From a virus, in the UHGV virus genome UHGV-0218934: a stretch of 40,286 nt of DNA; one strand, given 5' to 3'. Positions 35,088 to 40,286 of this stretch are shown here, in pieces. The position numbers and the translations under genes were made by a program. The notes under the pieces were generated by a model. The model saw nothing but the letters and a program-made list of their open reading frames with translations. It was not told the DNA's origin and ran no database searches. Positions within the stretch are counted from its first letter, which is position 1. Every line of letters begins with the position of its first letter.

Positions 35088-36785
35088 TTATGATTTGTAG
35101 CGGAAGGTATGGACCTGGCCGTTCGTGAATTCTATCTGCGTGACATGGCCATCGAGCACGACGATCTGCTTGATGATAGTGTTGACGAAGTTCTTGAGCT
35201 CGAGGTTGCCGACGTGCATGGCGAGCTCGGGAAAGTCGATGCCGCCGCGCGTCATGGCAGACTGGAAGAGGAGGTGAGCGGCTTTGCGCAGGAAGTCCTC
35301 ATCGGTCAGTGAGCTGGCGAAGACGGAGGGCTGTTGCTCCTTCTCGAGTTCGTCCTGCAGACGGGAAATATTGTCTTGCAGGTGGCGCTTCTCTCGCAAG
35401 AAGTCAGCCTGGGGCATTTCATCCTCGGCATAGAGGAAGAGGTGCATGAGACGCGACAATGCACGGCGATTCTTTTCAAGCTCTGCCTGCAGGGTGCTCT
35501 TGCGGGTCTGCTCTGCGCTGCCATCGCGCTGCTCATCGGCCGGATGATATTCTGCCGTGCCAGCATGACTGCCGAGCAGAGCGGCTCGGACGTGGCGAAG
35601 CGTGTCATCTGACAGCAAGGCCCCGCGGAAGACATCGCCCTGCAGCAAGAAGCGCTGGATGCGTGCCTTGGACCATTGCGGGCGAAATGCATCGCGCAGG
35701 CGGATCACATTGCTGATGTAGTTGAAGGCGAAGCTGCCGATGCGGATGTCGTTGACGTATCGGTTTTTGCACATGCCCTTCTGACGGCGGCCGCCACAGT
35801 TGTACATAGAGGGTTGGTAGCCGGACGCGCGGATACGGTCGAGTGATGCGATATAGTTGCTCCCGCAGACGCCGCAGCGTATCAGCCCGGCAAAGACGTG
35901 TATGCGCTTCCTCTGCACATGCGTGGCCTTGCCGTGATGGCGGCGGTTCTTCGTCAACCAAAAGTCAATCTGCTGGCAGTCTGCTTCGGAGAAAAGAGGC
36001 GGGTGGTGCTTCGCACACAGGATCCAGTCTTGCTGCCCCTTAAAGCTGAAGGTCGTGTCTGACTCGTCACGGTAGTTGTAGCGATAGGTGCCTCGATAGA
36101 AGGGGCTGCGCAGGATGATGGCCACGGTGGCTGGCGTCCATGCATAGCCGCGACGCGTGCGCCTGCCTGCCTCGTTGAGCAGGCGGGCCGTGTAGGTGAG
36201 GGAATGCGTGCGCAGGTAGGTATCCTTGAGCTCGAGCGCAACCTTGGCCTCATCGTCGCGAATCGAGAAGGAATCCGTCTCGCGGTCGTAGGCGTAGGCA
36301 AAAGGCACGCGGCCGCCATTCCACTTTCCTTCTGCGGCCCTGGCGTTCATGGTCGAGGATACGCGCTCGCTCGTCATATTGCGCTCGAGTTCGGCGAAGA
36401 CGAGGATGATCTTGAGCATGGCCTCGCCCATCGCAGTGGAGGTGTCGAACTGCTCGTTCTTGCTGACAAAAGTCACGCCGAGCTTCTTGCACCGCGCGTA
36501 CATCGTCGCAAAATCGAGCAGATTGCGGCTGATGCGGTCTATCTTCCAGACAAGCACGTGAGAAAATTCGCCGGCCTCGATGCGCTCCATCATGTCCTGG
36601 AAGGCTGGACGGTCCGTATTCTTGCCCGAGTAGCCGGCATCCTCGAAGACCTCATAATCCTCGATACCCAAGGCGTACCTGGCATAGTTTATCATGTCCT
36701 GCCTCTGCATCGGCAGGGAATCCTTGTCCACTTGGTGCAGCGTGGACACGCGGCAGTAGATTGCCGCTTTCTGTGCTCTTGGCAT
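35088..36785 (-). CDS. int: Large serine recombinase (integrase)
   Basis: AAIYCRVST catalytic Ser, DRISRN, FAELER, recombinase domain, zinc ribbon CGVCG...YNC...C, coiled coil. Confidence 0.97.
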   Translation of the reverse strand: MPRAQKAAIYCRVSTLHQVDKDSLPMQRQDMINYARYALGIEDYEVFEDAGYSGKNTDRPAFQDMMERIEAGEFSHVLVWKIDRISRNLLDFATMYARCKKLGVTFVSKNEQFDTSTAMGEAMLKIILVFAELERNMTSERVSSTMNARAAEGKWNGGRVPFAYAYDRETDSFSIRDDEAKVALELKDTYLRTHSLTYTARLLNEAGRRTRRGYAWTPATVAIILRSPFYRGTYRYNYRDESDTTFSFKGQQDWILCAKHHPPLFSEADCQQIDFWLTKNRRHHGKATHVQRKRIHVFAGLIRCGVCGSNYIASLDRIRASGYQPSMYNCGGRRQKGMCKNRYVNDIRIGSFAFNYISNVIRLRDAFRPQWSKARIQRFLLQGDVFRGALLSDDTLRHVRAALLGSHAGTAEYHPADEQRDGSAEQTRKSTLQAELEKNRRALSRLMHLFLYAEDEMPQADFLREKRHLQDNISRLQDELEKEQQPSVFASSLTDEDFLRKAAHLLFQSAMTRGGIDFPELAMHVGNLELKNFVNTIIKQIVVLDGHVTQIEFTNGQVHTFRYKS

Positions 36786-36829
36786 AGAGCTCTGCCTCCT
36801 CTCGGAGACCGGCAGATGTATCTATGCTC

Positions 36830-36870
36830 ATTGTAGCAGGAGAGCGGGCGGCCATGCGCACGCCGATGCG
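36830..36870 (-). promoter_or_regulatory. Integrase promoter (PI-like): extended -10 plus upstream activator box
   Basis: Minus strand CGCATCGGCG-22 nt-TGCTACAAT; same motif pair at 40063-40102. Confidence 0.6.
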
Positions 36871-36889
36871 TGCGTCAAAACGAAACCGA

Positions 36890-36918
36890 TTGCGGATTCT
36901 GATAATCCGTAGTATAAT
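36890..36918 (+). promoter_or_regulatory. Rightward promoter with embedded palindromic operator
   Basis: TTGCGG-17 nt-TATAAT; CGGATT-N5-AATCCG dyad at 36893-36909. Confidence 0.7.
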
Positions 36919-36923
36919 ATGGC

Positions 36924-37040
36924 ATCAAGTTATTCACTGGTCACTGGCGCGGCCATGGTAGTCCACAGCTGCCAGAATCTGGTGCCAGGGTCGTACCACC
37001 AACGGCACAGAAAAAGCCCGCGCTCTGGCGGGCTTTTCTT
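36924..37040 (+). ncRNA. Putative ~115-nt structured sRNA / attenuator leader
   Basis: Between promoter and strong terminator; nested stems 36944-50/36982-88 and 36956-62/36968-74. Confidence 0.6.
37009..37040 (+). terminator. Intrinsic terminator (likely bidirectional)
   Basis: AAAAGCCCGC/GCGGGCTTTT stem + CTT. Confidence 0.8.
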
Positions 37041-37063
37041 GTATCATAAAGGAGGTGCGGAGC

Positions 37064-37303
37064 ATGAATGAGCGTCTAAATAGCAATCAGGCCATGGCAA
37101 TCATACCCAAGCGGATGTTGGCCTTACTCAAGGTGCTACAGGGAGAGGACAGTGCAAGGCTAGGCCGGTTATTGCGGCTTGAGCCGAGGGACAGTGAAAT
37201 TCGTCAGGCATATCAAAAAATCGACTACGCTATTGCAGAGGCCATTGTCGAAGAGTCTAAAGCATTAGCTGCTGCTTTACAAAAGCAACGCCAAGCTCTT
37301 TGA
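37064..37303 (+). CDS. Hypothetical 79-aa helical protein behind the attenuator
   Basis: AAAGGAGG RBS; overlaps the convergent DUF2513 gene by 47 nt. Confidence 0.55.
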   Translation: MNERLNSNQAMAIIPKRMLALLKVLQGEDSARLGRLLRLEPRDSEIRQAYQKIDYAIAEAIVEESKALAAALQKQRQAL

Positions 37304-37619
37304 CGATATCAAGAGAGACCTGCCCTCCAAAGGGGATGAGTTTATCCTTGACTTTCGCCCATATGGCTTTATCTCGGACTGCGTCAAGATAGTCATGACC
37401 AGCAAATGTCATGCGCTCGACGAGGAAATCGTCGCCGAGTTTTGTGGATGTGTCCAGTGCTTGAATCAGACCAGCATCGTTTAGAAGCTTCAGATGATAG
37501 ACAATTTTGTCTAAGTCGCCACAAACACCAAGAAAATCTTCAGATTGAAGATATAAGTCGGATGGCGCAGCTTCAATCACCATAAGCATGTCGCGTATCA
37601 AATCTAAATCGCGTTTCAT
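37257..37619 (-). CDS. DUF2513 domain protein
   Basis: MKRDLDLIRDMLMVIE...YHLKLLNDAGLI...MTFAGHDYLDAVRD..IW. Confidence 0.85.
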   Translation of the reverse strand: MKRDLDLIRDMLMVIEAAPSDLYLQSEDFLGVCGDLDKIVYHLKLLNDAGLIQALDTSTKLGDDFLVERMTFAGHDYLDAVRDKAIWAKVKDKLIPFGGQVSLDIVKELGVAFVKQQLML

Positions 37620-37636
37620 AGTATCCTTCCTTTCCT

Positions 37637-37660
37637 GGCCGCCTTCGGGCGGCCTTTTTT
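37637..37660 (+). terminator. Rightward intrinsic terminator inside the leftward accessory operon
   Basis: GGCCGCC-TTCG-GGCGGCC-TTTTTT. Confidence 0.75.
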
Positions 37661-37674
37661 GCCGGAGGTAGAGA

Positions 37675-38223
37675 TCAACTGATAAAGCGGGCAATGCTCA
37701 TATCAATATCTGGCTGTCGGTAGTCGGGTGAGACGATGGACCATTTGCGGGCAACGATGTCGATGTAATGCGAGAAAGTATCTTCTCGTAGGAGAAACCA
37801 GTATTCCGGACGGCCTTGAGATACGGCAATCAACGCTCCGGCGGAGTCGTAGTAGTAAATGTAGCGATAGTGCTGGTAATAATGGTACTCGTCGACATTG
37901 TTGTCATGCATCACGACGGAGGCGTAGAGGATGACTTCCTCTTTCAGGTCGCTGAAATCTTGCAGTGGGTGATTGTGAGAGGCGATACGAATCTGCTTCT
38001 GGCGAGTTTCCTCATCGGCGTAGACCTCTTTGATCGTATAAAATTCGATACCCTGGCCATTCAGTAAGCAGGTCTTGGTATTCAGATAGTAGCTTGTTGT
38101 ATTAGTGGAGTATACCCAAGCCCATGGCGAAGCAGATGCAAGAGCGGCCCCGTGGAGGGATGCGCATAGGAACAACAATAGGAAGAGTGTATGTTTTGTT
38201 ATTGAAAAGCAATCAAGAAGCAT
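37675..38223 (-). CDS. Secreted/periplasmic accessory protein
   Basis: Signal-peptide-like N-terminus ending ALASA; WVYSTNTTSYYLN and YYYDSAG beta-rich pattern. Confidence 0.7.
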   Translation of the reverse strand: MLLDCFSITKHTLFLLLFLCASLHGAALASASPWAWVYSTNTTSYYLNTKTCLLNGQGIEFYTIKEVYADEETRQKQIRIASHNHPLQDFSDLKEEVILYASVVMHDNNVDEYHYYQHYRYIYYYDSAGALIAVSQGRPEYWFLLREDTFSHYIDIVARKWSIVSPDYRQPDIDMSIARFIS

Positions 38224-38253
38224 AGAATCACACCACCTAAAAAGCCAACCAGA

Positions 38254-39234
38254 TTACTTTACATAATCGCGTAACATATCGTAGAAAGTATCTTCACTTA
38301 AAATATGAAGATCCTGGCCTTTTAAAATGAGATTTTCAGCCTTTTTCATTTTCGTACTTTTTCCACCTTTTACATTTGGACTGTCTTTTAAACTCCCTAT
38401 GACTAGAAAATTAGTTTTCATAGTTACGTTATTTTCGCAAAAACCACCAATATTGCAAACAATCTGTGCAGCATCTTTTCTGGTATAGCGCTCCAGCTTT
38501 CCGGTGAAAACAACATTTTTATGGAAAAGAGGATTGGATGGATCATTTAGTGATACATCACCGGCTAGCTTTCTTAGGTCAACAGTTTTTGTTTTATAGG
38601 TAGATAGATCAATCCTTCTCTTTACGGATTCTTCTTGTAAGCAGGATAGTAATTTTTGAGTCGCTTCACAATCGCTTAATGCGCGATGATAGTCATTCTC
38701 TATCGAATATAATTTACACAAATCAAATAAACGATGATGGGGGAGTTCTGGTAAAACGATTCTTGCAATTCGCATCGTATCAACAAAGTCGTTTTGAAAA
38801 GGGATATTTAAAGATTTCAAGAAGTTATCATATAGAAAGTTTATATCAAAGTTAACGTTATGCCCTACAATAACAGACTGACCGATAAAACCATATAGTT
38901 TTTTTGCAATATCGTCGAAGGTAGGAGCATCTTTTAGCATATCATCTGTAATACCAGTGAGTTTCGTAATAAAGCTATCTACATAATGGCGGCTGCCATC
39001 AAAATATTCAAGCAGAGGAGGTTTAACATATGTGTGAAATGTATTTACGATTTCGCCGTCATTGATATGCATGCAAGCAATTTCTATAATATTATCAAAA
39101 TGAGCATCTAATCCTGTCGTTTCTAAATCTAGAACAACGTATTCTGAAGGAACAGATAAAATAGATTTACCTTTTTCGCGCTTGATAGGTGTTTCATCCA
39201 AGATGCTTGGCGAACCAATAGATATAGTAACCAT
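38254..39234 (-). CDS. DEDDh 3'-5' exonuclease (DNA Pol III epsilon-like) with C-terminal BRCT domain
   Basis: VLDLETTG, GHNVNFD, HRALSD; BRCT VVFTGKLE..TRKDA...GG...TNFLVIG. Confidence 0.9.
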   Translation of the reverse strand: MVTISIGSPSILDETPIKREKGKSILSVPSEYVVLDLETTGLDAHFDNIIEIACMHINDGEIVNTFHTYVKPPLLEYFDGSRHYVDSFITKLTGITDDMLKDAPTFDDIAKKLYGFIGQSVIVGHNVNFDINFLYDNFLKSLNIPFQNDFVDTMRIARIVLPELPHHRLFDLCKLYSIENDYHRALSDCEATQKLLSCLQEESVKRRIDLSTYKTKTVDLRKLAGDVSLNDPSNPLFHKNVVFTGKLERYTRKDAAQIVCNIGGFCENNVTMKTNFLVIGSLKDSPNVKGGKSTKMKKAENLILKGQDLHILSEDTFYDMLRDYVK

Positions 39235-39265
39235 GGTTTATTCCTCCTAGTCAGTCTATAATTAC

Positions 39266-39290
39266 GGCCGCTTTTTGGGCGGTCTTTTTT
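39266..39290 (+). terminator. Rightward terminator-like hairpin
   Basis: GGCCGC-TTTTTGG-GCGGTC-TTTTTT. Confidence 0.55.
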
Positions 39291-39317
39291 GTTGCCAGAA
39301 TCTGGGGTCGGTGTAGA

Positions 39318-39689
39318 TCACGTTGCCGTGTCTTCGGCCTTGGGTTTGTCGTTGTTGTAACAGGTGTCGAGGACGGCATCGACGGCTGCGCGACTGTTGG
39401 GTGTCAGGATGTGATACTTGCGCAGGAGATCTTGATCCTGAGATGAAATCTCAGAATCGGATGCAAGGGCGGCAACGGTTTTGCTAGACGATTTGGTATA
39501 CTCAAGTAAATAATCTGTACTTACTTGAAAATATTTCGCAATATTACATAGAGTATCATAGTCGGGTGTGGCCTTGCCCACTTCCCACTTGCCTACGGCT
39601 TGCTGAGTGACGCCTAGGATTTCAGCGAGGGTAGCCTGAGAAATATGATGGTTAGACCGCAATGATTTTAGGCGAGATGAAAAAGACAT
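39318..39689 (-). CDS. cI: CI-like XRE repressor
   Basis: ISQATLAEILGVTQQAVGKWEVGKATPD HTH; divergent from cro; AGGAGGTG RBS; no S24 peptidase domain. Confidence 0.88.
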   Translation of the reverse strand: MSFSSRLKSLRSNHHISQATLAEILGVTQQAVGKWEVGKATPDYDTLCNIAKYFQVSTDYLLEYTKSSSKTVAALASDSEISSQDQDLLRKYHILTPNSRAAVDAVLDTCYNNDKPKAEDTAT

Positions 39690-39715
39690 AGTATACACCT
39701 CCTATTATATAGAAT

Positions 39716-39811
39716 ACAATTTTTAGTTGTTAATATGAAACGAAAAAATGTTGTTAGTTGTCATTGACGACAACCGTTTGGTGTTATATAATATAGACAA
39801 CGAAAGGTTGT
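39716..39811. promoter_or_regulatory. Switch operators ACAAC-N5-GTTGT (three copies)
   Basis: ACAATTTTTAGTTGT 39716-30; ACAACCGTTTGGTGT 39770-84; ACAACGAAAGGTTGT 39797-811. Confidence 0.8.
39764..39792 (+). promoter_or_regulatory. Early lytic promoter (PR-like)
   Basis: TTGACG-17 nt-TATAAT with an operator filling the spacer. Confidence 0.85.
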
Positions 39812-39826
39812 AGAGGTGGTGAAATC

Positions 39827-40042
39827 ATGAAAAGAGAAAAGCTAATCGAGTACCGAGGGAAGAACTCCCAGGCCTATATGGCGAAGAGGTACGGAGTAAC
39901 ACAGCAGGCTTGGTGTAAGTGGGAACAGGGAGAAAGTAAACCTGGCGTCGTTATCATGAAAAAGATAGAAGCGGATAGTGGCATCCCCATGGAAGCTATT
40001 TTTTTTGATGTTTTTAACAACCAAAAGAAGTTAAAAGCTTAA
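39827..40042 (+). CDS. cro: Cro-like HTH protein
   Basis: SQAYMAKRYGVTQQAWCKWEQGESKP; recognition helix VTQQA shared with CI. Confidence 0.88.
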   Translation: MKREKLIEYRGKNSQAYMAKRYGVTQQAWCKWEQGESKPGVVIMKKIEADSGIPMEAIFFDVFNNQKKLKA

Positions 40043-40062
40043 GAAGACAACCATTTACCTAT

Positions 40063-40102
40063 ATTGTAGCAGTATTTACCGGCGCACGGCTTCGCCGATG
40101 CG
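40063..40102 (-). promoter_or_regulatory. Leftward promoter antisense to cro (PRE-like)
   Basis: Minus strand CGCATCGGCG-21 nt-TGCTACAAT, pointing through cro toward cI. Confidence 0.6.
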
Positions 40103-40119
40103 CGGATAAGGAGGAAGAC

Positions 40120-40286
40120 ATGAAGAAGATCAACAGAAAGATGCAGACCTGCAAAGCTGTTGCAGATGGGGCCAGCGAGGTATTGGACGGCCTCGCCAAG
40201 CAGGGAACCATTGATAGCTACATTGTCAGCTGCTGTATCACCGCTCCTACGGCGGACGGCGGTACGGACTACGACTCGGGCAGCGT
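40120..40286 (+). CDS. N-terminal part of the 107-aa junction-spanning early protein
   Basis: AAGGAGG RBS; open to the window end; completes at 157. Confidence 0.8.
   Translation, partial: MKKINRKMQTCKAVADGASEVLDGLAKQGTIDSYIVSCCITAPTADGGTDYDSGS

Larger units (their letters stand above)
1..40286. mobile_element. Complete temperate siphovirus genome (circular/excised form), probable Negativicutes host
   Basis: All modules present once (switch, replication, packaging, head, tail, lysis, integrase). An ORF continues in frame from 40120-40286 into 1-157. Intact attP-like site. No host genes visible. Confidence 0.93.

Noticed and set aside
34925..35128. 67-aa ORF in the track
   Set aside because: No RBS; crosses the terminator into int; the alternative frame 34936-35046 fits better
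36940..37005. tRNA-like reading (GGCGCGG...ACCA)
   Set aside because: No TTCGA T-loop or consistent cloverleaf
36919..37071. 50-codon ORF across the sRNA
   Set aside because: The ATG is immediately after the -10 hexamer (upstream of the expected TSS), has no RBS and runs through the terminator
1..40286. Stop-codon reassignment or invertible tail-fibre cassette
   Set aside because: Genes are full length in the standard code using all three stops; no small invertase or flanking inverted repeats seen

Overview
The window looks like one complete, circular ~40.3 kb temperate siphovirus genome, because an ORF reads in frame across the end/start junction. Its modules are: an early/replication operon (HUH rolling-circle-type Rep, RecU, PcfK/PcfJ, DUF3102, MazG-like); a RinA-like late activator; HNH-cos-terminase packaging; an HK97-type head with ClpP protease; a long non-contractile tail with a -1 frameshifted chaperone, a tape measure carrying SLT and CHAP-like domains, and a lambda-like M/L/K/I-J tip; lower-GC tail fibre/adhesin genes; Tad2; lysis genes; a 50-bp attP-like inverted repeat next to a large serine integrase; leftward accessory genes; and a cI/cro switch. 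Firmicute-type genes combined with a lambda-like tail tip suggest a diderm Negativicutes host (inference). The most unusual signal is non-coding. (1) An 18-nt segment of the early lytic transcript is complementary to the hairpin-sequestered integrase 5' UTR, resembling a toehold switch. (2) A promoter-to-terminator structured RNA has an alternative antiterminator and complementarity to the cI 3' UTR. (3) Two leftward promoters share a motif, like lambda PRE/PI. (4) A counter-transcript lies upstream of rep. (5) The attP right arm carries an orphan reading frame that may restore the host target gene. All product calls are by-eye motif and synteny recognition, not database results.
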